From Plasmodiophora brassicae (taxonomy: Eukaryota): a stretch of 64,000 nucleotides of DNA. Below the pieces are notes generated by a model. It was not told where the DNA came from, did not search any database, and saw only the letters and a program-made list of their open reading frames with translations. The stretch is taken from assembly GCA_036867785.1 (NCBI GenBank), contig CP145409.1:930001-994000 (forward strand), in the 5' to 3' direction. The number at the start of each line of letters is the position of its first letter. The stretch's first letter is position 1. Positions 34,794-47,484 of this stretch are shown piece by piece. A program made the translations under genes and the position numbers.

Positions 34794-37512
34794 TTATATC
34801 GTGGGCATGGCTTGGTATCCGAAACCGGCATGCTCCTGGCGGCGTTGTCGACGGCGAAGGTACCCGAACGTAGCGGTGCCAAGACACCCGGCCGCGAATG
34901 ATACCAGCGCGATTGTCCACGGGTGGTCGGCTCCGAGAGACGGCGTCACCTGGCGACGCTCGGGCGCCGATTCTGTCGGGGATCCGACGAAGTGCAACGA
35001 GACCCGCTGGTCGCCGACCGTGATCGTGTACGTGCCGTCCTGCAGCGATGGCGTCGCTTTGTCGCGCTCGTAGAACTCGAAATCGGATGCGCCCAGTGTG
35101 AACCGCACGACGACGCTGGACCCGGCCGTTACGAACGGTTTGGCGAAGCGTTTGAGCAGGCGGGCCTCAGGGCTGACGCGACGGTACCCTGGCGTCAGGT
35201 ACAGCAGGACGGCCTCTTTGCCGTCCCGTTTGCCGACATTGTGGAGATCGACCGTGACATCAACGACCGTGTCCGGCGAGATCGTCGGGGCCGACAGGCG
35301 CAGGCCCCGATACTGGAACGTCGTGTACGACAGGCCGTGACCGAACGCGAACAGCGGCGAGTACGTGTCGTTGCTGGAGAACGCGTGCCAGTACGGCGTG
35401 TTCAGGTCGCCGGAATGCGATGGGTACGTGATCGGCAGGCGCCCCGATGGGTTCACCTTGCCCAGCAGCACCTACACGATTCAGACTTTGACACCGGGTG
35501 TTAGCATTGGCAATCCGGGTACCTCAGCGATTGCTTGGCCGCCCTTGGGGCCGGGCAGGTACGCGTGCACGATGCCGGCGGCGAGGTCGGCGACGTCCCG
35601 GAGCAGGCGAGGGCGTCCGACGGTCAGGACGAGGACAACGGGGATGCCCGTCTGGTGCAGGTCGCGAACCAGCTGAAGCTGATGAGAGTCTAGGCTGACG
35701 TCGAAGATGTTGCCCGGCTTTTCAGCGTAGACGGGCTCGCTGAGACACACGACGATGACGTTGGCGCCGGCCGCCGCTTGCACTGTCTGTGCCCGCTGCT
35801 CCTCGTTGCATTCGTCGATCGTGCACCCGTCGTAGTAGGCCAGGACGTTGGTGTCGGGGATCAGACCGTGCAATGCGGATCGAATCGTTTGCCCTCCATA
35901 GAGTTCGTCGTCGGATGGGGCTCCCTGCCACTGCATCGTCCACCCGCCACACAGGAGACGAAGCGAATCGGAAGACGGCCCAGTGACGAAGATACGGTTA
36001 GGAGCATCCGGTGATAAAGGCAGTAGGTCAGCCTGGTTCTTCAGGAGCGTGATGGATTCCCGCGCCAGGTCTAACGCTACGCTCCAGTCAGCGTTGGACC
36101 CCACGCTGGCGATCTGGGCGCCATCGGTGGTCGGCATCGGGGCAGACAGGAGACCGAGGTTCTTCTTCAGCTGGAGCGCCCGACCGCAGCTCAACGCGAT
36201 GCGGTCGTGGTCGATGTCGCCTGCCTTGACCAAATCGAACAGGTCGACCGAGAAGTTGAAATCGGTGGCGACCATCGACATGTCGATGGACGTCTGCGAC
36301 ATGGCCATTTGGGTGGCGTCCCGTTTCGAAGCGGCGACATGGTGCCACTCGTGCAGGTTGTAGATCTCGCTGTAGTCTGTCACGAGCATGCCCTTGAATC
36401 CGAGCTCGTCACGAAGCAACGTGTTCAGGTAGAACGATGACGCAGCGACCGGCTCCCCGTTAATCTATGGGACACGCCCCTTCAGCACGTACGTTTAGAA
36501 GTCGGCAGGGCGGACACACGTCGGCATAGGTTTCCATCACAGTGGCACCTCCAGCATCGATGGCGGCACGGAACGAAGGGAGGAAGTACTGGCGCAGGAT
36601 TCTATCCCCACGGTCAGAACGACGAAGAAGGAGCGGTATGGTAAGCGCCTACCTGTCTGGGATCCAAGCTTGCGTACGATCCAATCCCGAACGCGGATTC
36701 GAGTACCCGACAAAGTGCTTCAGGGAGGCGGCCACATGGACAGGCGACTTGAGGTCGGCCGTCGTGGAGCCTTGCATGCCGAGGATGGCGGAACGACCCA
36801 TTTCTGCCGCCTGCACACGTGTTACCATCTGTGCCACCGAACCATGCGGGACCCGTACCAAGTACGGGTCTTCCCCGAAGGTCTCATAGACGCGGGGCCA
36901 TTGCTTCTGCAGTGCGATGTCGAGGATCGGCGAGAACGCCCACGGGATGCCACACGTTCGCGTATCTTTGGCACTGGGTCCACCACCGACGCGTTACTCA
37001 TTATCCGCATGCATGTCGGTAGCCGCCGCTGACCTTATGGCATACGCCGACTGGACCAGATCGATGTTGAACGACGCCGCACAGCCGATCTGCTGCGGGA
37101 ACAGTGTGGCCTTGTGCACGAAGTTGGCGCCATGGACGCTGTCCAGCCCGTACAGGATCGGGATACCCGGCCCGTTGGACAGCGCCACGGTTTGGATGTC
37201 ACTGATCAGCGCTCGCCATTGTGCCAGCGTGAACGTCCCGTTGGACAGGGCGACAGGAGAGTTGAGCAGCGACCCCACGCCATACTTGGTGATGGCATCG
37301 GCCAGCGCCTTCCTGTTCAGTTGGCCGTCCGCGTTCATGAACACGGCGACATCGAGCTGGGTCATCTGCCCGATCTGGTACTTCAAGGGCAGCGCCAGCG
37401 TCAGGTCGCGAACGTCGGCATCCAGCGCATGCCAGTCGTCGGCCGGCGCCCCGCCGGCCAGCAGCGTGAACCGTACCGCCGCCACCAGGCATACGACGGC
37501 CGGCGCCTTCAT
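34794..37512 (-). CDS. Glycoside hydrolase family 3 beta-glucosidase, secreted with C-terminal TM anchor
   Basis: Signal MKAPAVVCL, IGQMTQ, YGLDSVHG, ETFGEDPY, KHFVGY, LGFKGMLVTDY, NPSGRLPITYP, FGHGLSYTTF, FnIII domain, TM. Confidence 0.93.
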
Positions 37513-37876
37513 CGGAGCCGCGGCGTCTGTGTTGCTCCCCTGGATATATGGGACTGCCAGTGCCACAGGACTGTACCGAAGTCGTGCAACGTATCAGTCA
37601 GCGGGTCGCGCGCCCTGCAACCGCCTTCTGGAACGAAATCTCGGCGACGGCGGTTTGGTTTGGTTTAGTACCGGTGTTCCGCATGTGTCATCCGCGGGGG
37701 GCACCCGGACCGGTTCACAGTTCGCATCACATATTCCCGACATCCCCATGCTCGCAGCCAGCCTGTTTCCCGCAAACAGGCCGCATCTCCCAGATTTCGT
37801 GGAAAGCATTCCAGACCCCCAGGGTCCTGCGCGCCAGCTCTTTACCAGGTTGCAGGAGGCCGCCCGCAATAATATC

Positions 37877-37897
37877 GAGAGAGAGAGAGAGAGAGAG
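37877..37897. repeat. (GA)n microsatellite in the divergent GH3/ERO1 intergenic region
   Basis: Direct gagagaga run. Confidence 0.85.
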
Positions 37898-38214
37898 CCT
37901 TCGGCGCGCTGCAGGTCAGGTTTGCGAATAGAGGCGAACGGTGTCTTGGTGTCGACAGCCGCGATTCTCCATAATATGATCGTGGACGATGAACGAAGCG
38001 ATTTTGATGATCGCAAACCCTGCAGCACGCGCCTGCTGGCGATGATGGCGCTGGCTGGACGTTCGGGGCGCCCTGGCCCTGCCTGGGGCGGGTCGAACAC
38101 GCGAAAACGTCTACAAATAGGCGCGCGGCGTCCCGGCGTCGGCAAGGGCGATTTTGGCCCTCGGGCTCGACAGGTGCCGCCAGGGTGGGGTAGTACACGT
38201 GTCATTGTCACGTA

Positions 38215-39864
38215 ATGCGTCGCCGTGCGCTGCTGGTGATTGTCGCTGCCGCTGTCGTCGCCGTTACGCCTACGAAGGTATGCGGGTGCAGGAGTGGTGC
38301 GTCGTGTCGTTGCGTTGCTGACCGGTCCGGCGAAGATCGATGACTGCTGCTGCGAGATGGAGACGGTCGACCTGGCGAACCAGGACCAGCTGCACGCCAC
38401 GTTGCAGCGGTTGCGGGAGACGCGATTCTTCCGCATCTTCCAGGTCAACCTCGACAATGAATGCCAGTTCTGGCAGGGGTACTCCATGTGCCACAGCCCT
38501 GGGTGCAGTGTGTGCGAGTGTGAAGATGACGACGTAGGTATCCCGTCACCATTGCTGACAGGGCCTCTCGTTTACGGTCTGCCGACAACAGATACCACCT
38601 CTGTGGAAGGCCGGGACGGAACTGGACACAGGTCTACCGTCCTTCAGGCACTGGACCGAGAAAGATGACAGCTGGATTGTCCAAGACACGGGAAACAGTG
38701 AGCATGTTGCTGGGGTATTGGCAGCCGGTTCTCATCTTCGATCAGTGACTTTCATTGACCTTCAAAGAAACCCTGAAGGGTATACCGGATACACCGGAGA
38801 GAGCGCTCGGAAAGTCTGGGCTGCCATGTATGGCGAGAACTGTTTCCAAGGTACCCGGCAGTCTCAGTTTTCGCCGGTCGCCACCCTCACAATGGATTGA
38901 CAGAGGATATGTCGAGCATGTGTTACGAAAAGAGAGTTTTCTACCGACTTCTCAGTGGCATGCAAGCCTGCATCGCTGCTCACGTATCGTTTAATCACCC
39001 TTTGGGAGAAGGACTGGAATGGGGGCCTGAACCTCGTGTGTAAGTCTACTCTAACCTGGCTCGATCGCAGCTAATGTTCTTGATCGGGGGTAGGTTCGAT
39101 CGTATGCTGGGGAATCATCCGAATCGAATTCAGAATATGTATTTCACATACGTCTTCCTGCTTCGTGCAGTCAACAAGGTGTCTCCACACCTTCTGAACT
39201 ACGATTTTCATACTGGGAACAACGACGCCGAAGACCAACGAGTTGACGCCCTTCTTCGTGCTCTGTACGAGACAGCGACTGTTCGTGCGTGAATCTCCTC
39301 ACGCTTCCATGTTAGGCTAGCGTCCCCAATGATTCAGCAATGTTCTCCTGAACATAGTTTCGACGAGCGGATTATGTTCCAGGACCTTGCAATGGTTTGG
39401 CGCGTGTATGTGGGTCTTGTTCGACAAATTTATCGGAAACTGTCAGGGGTCGATAAAGACGCAACTCAAGAACCACTTCCGTAACCTGAGCCTGATCTTA
39501 GACTGCGTCCAGTGCGATAAGTGCAAGGTTCATGGAAAGGTTCGTTGGTAGACTAGGATCTGTTACTTCGAGCGCCGCTTTACCTTCTTTTTAGTTGCAA
39601 GTGCTCGGCCTGGGAACAGCCCTGAAGATCCTGTTCAACAATCCCCAAAAGCTGACGCGTAATGAGATCATTGCTCTCATCAACACGCTCGGCAAGTTCT
39701 CACATGGGCTGTGGATCGTCAACGAGATGCAACACTTGGCGAAGCTGTCGTGGACTAGAGTCGCTATCGTTGTGGGCGTATGCACTTTAGCGTTTTGGTC
39801 GGCTTGCTGCCTGTTCATACGGCTATGGATTGTCCGACACCGAATGAAAGCGAAAACAGATTAG
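38215..39864 (+). CDS. ERO1: ER oxidoreductin 1
   Basis: Signal, DDCCC, FFRIFQVNLDNECQFW, CSVCEC, DLQRNPEGYTGY, DCVQCDKCKVHGK, LGLGTALKILF, LTRNEIIALINTL. Confidence 0.95.
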
Positions 39865-40039
39865 AACCTCTACCGCTACTCCATTTCTGCACCACCGTGT
39901 ACAAATGCATAGATCGATGTACTAAAGAAATATTTAAGCAGCCGCTATGATGACATCAGGTGTGACCCGCCACGCGAACGCGTTGAGCGCTACCGTTCCG
40001 TCGTGGAGTACCCGTCTTCCCCTAACAGAACAGTATTGA

Positions 40040-42196
40040 TTACTGAAATGCATTGTGGTATCGAAACGGGAAACAACATACCGTAGCAGACGACGGTTTT
40101 GCAGCATTCACATCAACGTTTTCAGTACCATCATTCGCGGAGCCACCAATCCGGCACCTACGAGCACTGCCAAACGTTGTCGACAGGACGTTGGTAATCC
40201 GTTGTGCGCAGGTCCTGCGGCGAGGCGCGGCATTCTTTCCTGGCTTCATACATGACCGACGTGGTACTGCTCCAGGACGGGGTTCGTGGCGATGATTCTG
40301 GATATCAAGGAGGTCATTGCCGCAGTCATCGTTCCAGGATAGTTTCTTCGTTGCCAGCGATGTTGCTGAACTCGATGAGGCGGGTTCGGCAGGAGAAGGT
40401 CCAGCGCTCAGCCCAGCTCTGCCTGTTGAAGGCGCAGCAGTGCCTCTGGATCGCATGCGCTCCAGCTGAGCGCGCACCCTTAGCAAACGTTCACGCTTCT
40501 GGTCAAGCATATTGAGGACAGAGGTAGATGACCGCGCTGGAGACAGGTCACGAACGTTCGCAGCAGCAGCAGCACCGTCGTGATCGGCATTGAACTCGAT
40601 GTCGGCTAGCCGTTGCGAGAACCGCTCTCGCAGCATCTGGACCCGATCATCGCCTGATTTAGGTAGAGACCCGAGCTTGGCCAGCACTACACGGCGGCGA
40701 TCGTTGATTTCAGATTCGCGTTTCAAGCGCCGCAGGTTCCTTCGTGACCGGTGTCTCCTCCAGCAGGACTGAATTGTTTCCGCGCTCAGCGTCCACTTGG
40801 CGATGAGGTTGCGCACGAGTTGTCCTCGGCGACGGGATTGCAAGATGGTTGCCGCCCAATGCTGACGCGAGCGGTGCGCCTGCAGAGCGGCAGCGACTGT
40901 CGAACGGAAAGCATTGCGAAGGCGGCGGCGACGAAACACTGCCTGCAATTTCAGAACGGCCCGAGCACGCGCTCGATGGATTTCCAGTGCTGCCCGGACA
41001 ACGCGTCGGAACGCATCGATGCGCTGACGACGTCGTATGCGCTTCTGCATCAGCCTTGTCGCATTAAGAATGCGTTGCCGGTGATGACCAAGAGCATCCA
41101 GGGCTAGGGATTGAAATCTCTGGCGCCGACGGCGACTTCTAAAGCGCTTCTGTAGAACGGTTGCTGCGGCGTGTTGACGACGCCTGTACTCTTCGAGTGC
41201 CGCCAGAACGGAGGATCTGAAGGCTGTCCGTGAGCGACGAACCCGAAACCACCGCAGTATAACAAGAGCAGCGTTCAGCACACGTTCATGCTGCTGCTGC
41301 TGCTGCAACCTTCGTCGACGACGATACATTCGCTGAATTGTAGTAGCAGCAACGCATGCGCGACGATGCGCAACCAGTACAGACTCAACAACAGCTCTGA
41401 ACGACCGGAGTTGTCTACAGCGCCGATATCGTCGCTGTACGATCAATGCTGCCTGCGACACACGACACCGATAGGCGTTCAATGCACTGGCAACAAGGCA
41501 TCGAAATTTTTGGCGAACGACGTGTGCACGATAGCACCTTTGAATCGTAACAGCCGATTGCCACAGTTGATTCCGGTGACGGCGGAGCACAGAGAGAGCC
41601 GTGTGTCTGAAAGCATGAAGCAGCCGGCGACGACGGACGGAACGTTGCACAACGAGAGCGGCCTCGTTGAGCTGCCGATGATGATTGGCCAATACGGAAT
41701 CAGCAGCCCAATGGAAACGGGCTATTATGCGACGACGTCGAAAGAGGCGTTGCATTGCGATAACGGCATGCTGTAGCTGCAGATGACGTCGTACGTAAAT
41801 GGACACCATCCAACACGACACAATGGTGTTCGCTGCAAGGGCGACTCGGTGACGATGGACGGCGCGAATCGAATAACATGCCGATTGAAGAACGCGTGTC
41901 GAGCGAGTCAATCGACGAAAGCGACGCCAAGCACGTTGTATGCAGTGCGCGGCAGAATGCCGTCTCGCAAGGCACCTTTCAATCTCCGAATGGACCCCAA
42001 GCTCCTGCTCGGTGACCACATCACCGATGAACACGCAATCAGCGCTGCTGCGCTCGTCATCGACGTCAACCTCGTCGGTATCGGTCGACGACCAATAGCC
42101 GTCGAACCGGACCTTGAGACGCGCCGCCCCGTCAATCCCCGGGCAGAACTCGGGCTCGGCGGCATCGAACCCGACGACGGCTGCTTGGACGGGCAT
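40040..42196 (-). CDS. Multi-IQ-motif protein
   Basis: 718-aa ORF with about 14 A..IQR.(F/Y/W)R motifs. Confidence 0.75.
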   Translation of the reverse strand: MPVQAAVVGFDAAEPEFCPGIDGAARLKVRFDGYWSSTDTDEVDVDDERSSADCVFIGDVVTEQELGVHSEIERCLARRHSAAHCIQRAWRRFRRLTRSTRVLQSACYSIRAVHRHRVALAANTIVSCWMVSIYVRRHLQLQHAVIAMQRLFRRRRIIARFHWAADSVLANHHRQLNEAALVVQRSVRRRRLLHAFRHTALSVLRRHRNQLWQSAVTIQRCYRAHVVRQKFRCLVASALNAYRCRVSQAALIVQRRYRRCRQLRSFRAVVESVLVAHRRACVAATTIQRMYRRRRRLQQQQQHERVLNAALVILRWFRVRRSRTAFRSSVLAALEEYRRRQHAAATVLQKRFRSRRRRQRFQSLALDALGHHRQRILNATRLMQKRIRRRQRIDAFRRVVRAALEIHRARARAVLKLQAVFRRRRLRNAFRSTVAAALQAHRSRQHWAATILQSRRRGQLVRNLIAKWTLSAETIQSCWRRHRSRRNLRRLKRESEINDRRRVVLAKLGSLPKSGDDRVQMLRERFSQRLADIEFNADHDGAAAAANVRDLSPARSSTSVLNMLDQKRERLLRVRAQLERMRSRGTAAPSTGRAGLSAGPSPAEPASSSSATSLATKKLSWNDDCGNDLLDIQNHRHEPRPGAVPRRSCMKPGKNAAPRRRTCAQRITNVLSTTFGSARRCRIGGSANDGTENVDVNAAKPSSATVCCFPFRYHNAFQ

Positions 42197-42399
42197 GCCC
42201 CGACGCGATCGCGCCCCACCCGGATACAGTGTGACACCCCGCCCCGCCAGTCGCGCGCCAATTTGAATCCCGCCACCGCAGTCCCCAATCTTTTTTTTTG
42301 CGGGTGGAGCTGTGTGGCAGACCGACGGAACCAGTCACACGCAGCAGCCAGCAGCTGTGGGCCACCCACCCACTACTACTGGCAGCTGCAAACGACGAA

Positions 42400-42996
42400 T
42401 GTTCCCAAGACGCCCATCGAATTCCAGGACATCGCCGTCTGCGATGCCGCATCCGGTACCGACTACCTGGCCGCCAAAGGATTTGTTTACCTGGAGACGG
42501 CCGTGCGCGCCCAACGTGTCGCCATCATCGGGACACATTTCCAAGCGGGCAAAGGCGAACGCGAGCGGCGCGTTCGCCAGCAGCAAATGCAGCAACTGAG
42601 GGCGTTCATCGACCGTCGTGTGTCTCCCATGATCGACGTCGTTATCCTGGCGGGCGACCTGAACGTCGACTTCGGCTCCGACGAGTACGACGACGTGCTG
42701 TCGATGTTACGGGCGGAAGCGCCCGCGGTCTGTCGAACCAAGGGTGGAAATCCTGGGACCCGTCCACGAACACGTTCCTGCAATCAAGGGTCCCCAATGC
42801 GTCACCGACACATGTCGACTACGTTCTCGTCCTGGAAGGGAACGGGAACGCTGTTCGGCATGCGGTCCGGAGCAGGACAGTTCGGGTCCTGGCCAATGCC
42901 GATGGCACGCCCTTCGACCTATCCGACCACCACGCCGTCCTGGGGACGGTCACTACGACGTCCCGGAGACAGTCGACCCGGCGTCGCACGGCCTGA
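42400..42996 (+). pseudogene. Truncated, frameshifted EEP-family phosphodiesterase (neutral sphingomyelinase-like)
   Basis: DYLAAKG, IGTHFQA, AGDLNV lie in one frame and VDYVL, LSDHHAV in another (shift near 42730). N-terminal motifs not seen. Confidence 0.6.
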
Positions 42997-43082
42997 CAGG
43001 GTAATCAGTCACAATATAAACGCGCGATTGCCCCAGCGAACCGTCTGACGGTGTACCGATCGATTGGGAGTCCTAGTCGTCC

Positions 43083-44167
43083 ATGTCGGTCGACGTGGGC
43101 AGGCGTCTGCGACCGCGTGTGCCCCTGTTCCTGGTCGATAAACACGTCGACCACGCGACGGACGCCATCTGCGATCGAGGTGCCAGTCCAGCACAACGAT
43201 CGTAGGCGCGGCATAGGCCCATCGTCACTTTGCCAGCCTAACCAGGAACGCTATCACCTAGGGACGCGGTACGGGACCTCGTGGAGCGCCAATGGGGTGG
43301 TGGCGCCCCCCTTCCCGCTCACAGACAGCGCGCTCTTCTGCGGCTGTTCGAGAGACTCGTCCAGTTCTGTCACGACATGCAGTATCGCCCCGAACAGATC
43401 AGCACATCGTGTGCCATCCTGATCGAAACCATCACGTTCGCATGCGGTAGTACCCCCATGGCCACGCCGTCGTCCTTGTCCCGCGTGACACATTCCAGCA
43501 GGGGCCGATCTTCCCGATCCAGAACGCGTGGTGGACCACTTCAGGGCGATGCTGATCCGACACAGCGTTCGTCGTTCGCCTCGCAGCATCGCCGTCTTTT
43601 CGTTGGTCGACGTCAAATCACTGATGTCGTTCTTCCTGGATCGCGTCTTTCGTTTCCTGCACTTGTACCAGTACGTTCTGGGGCGCACGCGTCACCTCCA
43701 TCTGCAAACGGAACGGGCGTTGGCTCCAACCCCGACCGTCTACCCGCCTTTGTCATCAGCGACGCTTGTGCCCGCTGATCAACCGAACGCCAAGTCAGAG
43801 CAGGAACCGGCCACGAATGGGGCGGCGTCGAATGGGACGCAGGCTGCCGGCGAGTCGCAGCACGCGCCTGATGAGCAACCGTCCACAGTGGGCGGTCCAC
43901 CACCGCTGACAGACGACGAGATTAACATGAGTGCGTCGGATGGGATGCCTGAATCGGTACCGGTGCTGACGTTCCCGTGTGAAAGTCATGTCGGATCCGG
44001 AGGCGAAGGCGGCGTTGCAGGCGTTGCTGGACCCGCGCCTCGCCGCTCTGCAGAAGCGACTGGACGACCAGCTCGACGCGATGGACAGACAGTTCCAGCT
44101 GGAAGCCGACCGCATCACGTCGGCGTCGCTGGCCGTGCGTGACCCCCCGGCCATCCAGCAAGGATGA
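43083..44167 (+). CDS. CFAP119: Flagellar central-pair C1a-32/CCDC189-like protein
   Basis: FRAMLIRHSVRRSPRSIAVFSLVDVKSLMSFFLDRVFRFLHLYQYVL matches the family pattern HSV.RPP.S...F...Y.Y. Spliced. Confidence 0.7.
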
Positions 44168-44226
44168 CGGGTACCTCATGTATGCTGGTAACTGTATTCA
44201 CTTCGTGCTGGGGAGCCCACGTTTGG

Positions 44227-47200
44227 CTATGGCTCCTCTGAGAAGCTGAAGCTGCTCAATGAATCCTCACGGTCGCTGTGTTCTGGGACGGTTATGGGCT
44301 TCGTTGACGGCAGAGCGCCCGAGTGCCAGATCGGCCCCTGGCGTCTGGAAGCGGGGCCCGCCGCTCGCTGCTGCTGACCTTGCCGCTTGGGACCGGATGG
44401 CTGGCGTTGGATCGCCCGCTGTGCCGGCCGGTTCTGTGGCTCCACGTCCGCTGTCGTTTGGCTGGTGGGTACCTGAGGGTGCTGCCTCGGTGCGGACGAC
44501 TGGCGTTGGATCGGGCCTTGCGTTCCACTCATCGATCGGCTGGGTGGGCCCGCCTCGGTCGCCGTCTGCCTCGATAGCTCCTGGTGCCGGCTGCCATCGT
44601 CCGAGAACGACGCCTGCCCGTGTTTCTTCGTCGTCTCGCGGTCGTCGTCAACGATGTCCCACGATGCGAACATGACGTAGATGATGAGGATGGCGGCGGT
44701 TAGTGATGCGAACAGGCTCATGTAGACCCAGTGCGGCAAGCCACTTGACGAGCCTGTCGCATGCGACGCTCAGCGATAGCGACGTTAAGACGGCAAGCAA
44801 CACAGCAAGTACCATCTTGGCCGACGGACAGGATCAGCGGTGAGGACATGATCAGGAAGAAGGCGACAATGCCGAGAAGGATCGGATTGTGGATCGGCTC
44901 GGTGCAGCGATCGCCAACACGGCCGATGGACCCGAGCGACGTAGAGCCAACCCGAGCGTGGTCCGCCTGGTACGTTTCTGATACGCCTTTAGTCCAATGC
45001 ATGACGTTCGCCAATGATGAATCGATCGTACCTGAGAAGGTGGACACGTTGCTGACCGACATCTCTGGGTGATACCGGTCTTCGAACTCGAGGTCCTCGT
45101 CGTCCCAGCTCCGGTTCAGTCGGATGCGATACCCGATCAGCCGCTCGGGCAAACGCGTCGTGAACCTGCCCGCGTCTGCAGAGGTGTCAGCACCATGCCT
45201 AACGGGTCGGGAACAGAAGGCGGGTACTTTTCGGGTGCGACATCGACGACAACGTCTGGACAGAGTGGCCCGACGACGAGCTGATGCTGATATCGATGGT
45301 GCTCTCGTCAGACTTCTTCGGTTCATCACGACCCCTGAACAAGATGATCAGCACACCACATTGCAGCAGCACGTGACACGATCCGTACATCACTGCGAGA
45401 AGGACCCCAGTCAGGACAACGTTCGCCGACATCCCGATCCAGCCCGCAGGCACATAGGACGATGGGGACACTGCAGGCAGCAGGAAATGGCATACTAGCG
45501 TCACTCCCACCCCACCGATCATCCCTTCGGCACGGTCAGCATGGCGGGATTGCCCCCTCCCTGAGCGGATGTCGTACCGATAGCGATAGGCATCGCTGTT
45601 GCGAACCGGCAGTAGAGGCCGAGGATGAAGGCGGGCATGACCTGCAGTACGACCGCGTTCTGTAGCGAAACCATGGCCGTGACGTCCAGGCTGCCATAGT
45701 TGCCCAGTAGGACACCGAAGACGGTGAAGCTGACGCTGCACAGCATGGCGATGAGGCGGCTAACGGTGTTGCTGCGCGGGGCGGAACGTGAATCCGACCC
45801 AGCCAGCGGCCGGTAGATGTCGACGGTGACGACTGTGGCGACACCCTGCACGACGCTCCCCCCGATTGACATGACGCAACCGACAGCAGCGACGAAGACC
45901 ATGGACCCCAAGAAGTACGGGCCACCGCCTTGCTGCATGGCGAGGCGAATCGAGTACGCCAGGACATCCTGAACGTGCTGAACGTTCGCGTACTCGCCAG
46001 AGATCGTCGGCGCCGCCGTTAACTGGGGCAGGAGTGCCTGGCTGCAGATGACCAGCAAGACACCGGCTGGTACGGCGAAGAACGGCAACAGCGTTTGGAA
46101 CACCAGCGCCAGGCGATACGGTTTCACCGCCCGTACAGACGTCACACGCGTCATGTAATGGGGGTACTGCATTGGAGACAGATTAGCGACAGCACAGAGC
46201 GACTGGGCGGAGCCATTCGCCTACAAAAGTGAATGCAATCCATGGGACGCTCCATAGGATCCAGTTCCCTCGTATCGTTGGCGATGGTACTGCCACGATG
46301 CCAGTGTTGCCCACTTCGTACATGTATCGGGTGATGGCGGAAACCCCATCTACAACACCACAATGAATACCCACGACAAATTGGCAACCGAAGACAACGT
46401 ACAAAAGACGGAGGATTGGATTATCAGCATGAACATGAACGCCAGAAGAAGGGCGGCCGCATGAACGATATCGGTAACGGTGACAGTCGTCAGGTCTCCC
46501 ATTGCCTCTAGCACAAGGACAATACAGGCAATGAAGATCGCGCCTGGAACAGGTAAGCCAAATGCAATCGCAAATGAAGGACGACGCGCGAGCCTCACCC
46601 CAAAGCCGCGGGATGGTGCCCTGCGATATGATTTCCATCACGACACCAATGGCTCCGTACTGGAGGGCCAGGAAACCAACCATTGGGACGACCATGACAG
46701 CGCTGGAAACAACACGCATCAACCTAACGATGACGGTCAGCGATCAATACGAATACAGCAGCAGAATACGCCTGACGAGGATCGGTAACGATCGTTGAGG
46801 AAATCAACCGGGGATTCATATCGGCGGATCTGCCATTGTGGTCAGCGTTGTTGGCAGGCCCTCCTACTCATCCATCCATTCGGGGTACCTTGCTTAGCCT
46901 TAGGAGGCGCGGCGTCACCAGCAGGCTGCCCAAGACGGCAAACAAGAACGCTGGTATCCACTTGAATGCAGCGAAACTGTGCAAGTTCGTGACAGCTTCA
47001 GTATGGACGACAAGTCGAATCTAGGCGATTGATACTCTTCAGTGTAGGCGTCGACCGGTACGCCATAGATGAAGAACCCGCCTTGCGAGGCCATCATCAA
47101 CGTCGCAGTTAGGACAAGCGACGATGACGTCCCAGATGCGAGGTAATCACTGAGAGACGACGCCCTGTGCTGCGAATCATCCTGTTTGTGCCGACGGCGC

Positions 47201-47358
47201 GTAAACCAGTCTCGTATAGCGGCTAGGAATACCGCTATTGGCCAGATGTCAGCGAACCCAAGGATAAACAAGCTCTGGTAGATCGTACCCAGCAAATAGA
47301 AACCGAAGATGGCCCAGACACCGGCACCGAGGCCGGGGTTATTCAAATTGAGCACCAT
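44227..47358 (-). CDS. Sodium:solute symporter family protein with C-terminal extension
   Basis: Many TM exons: DYLASG, SQGGFFIYGVPVDAY, FLALQYGAIG, TVTVTDIVH, VVTVDIYRPL, LQVMPAFILGLY. Confidence 0.75.
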
Positions 47359-47484
47359 AAGGTGGTCTTTCGCAGAGGTTTAGGTGTACCAAGGGGCCCT
47401 TGGGTTGGTTAAATTACGAGTGAAAACCGTCGCCAATGTCAGAACACGTTGACCCTGGGATGACTCAGCTGGGAAGTCAAACAT

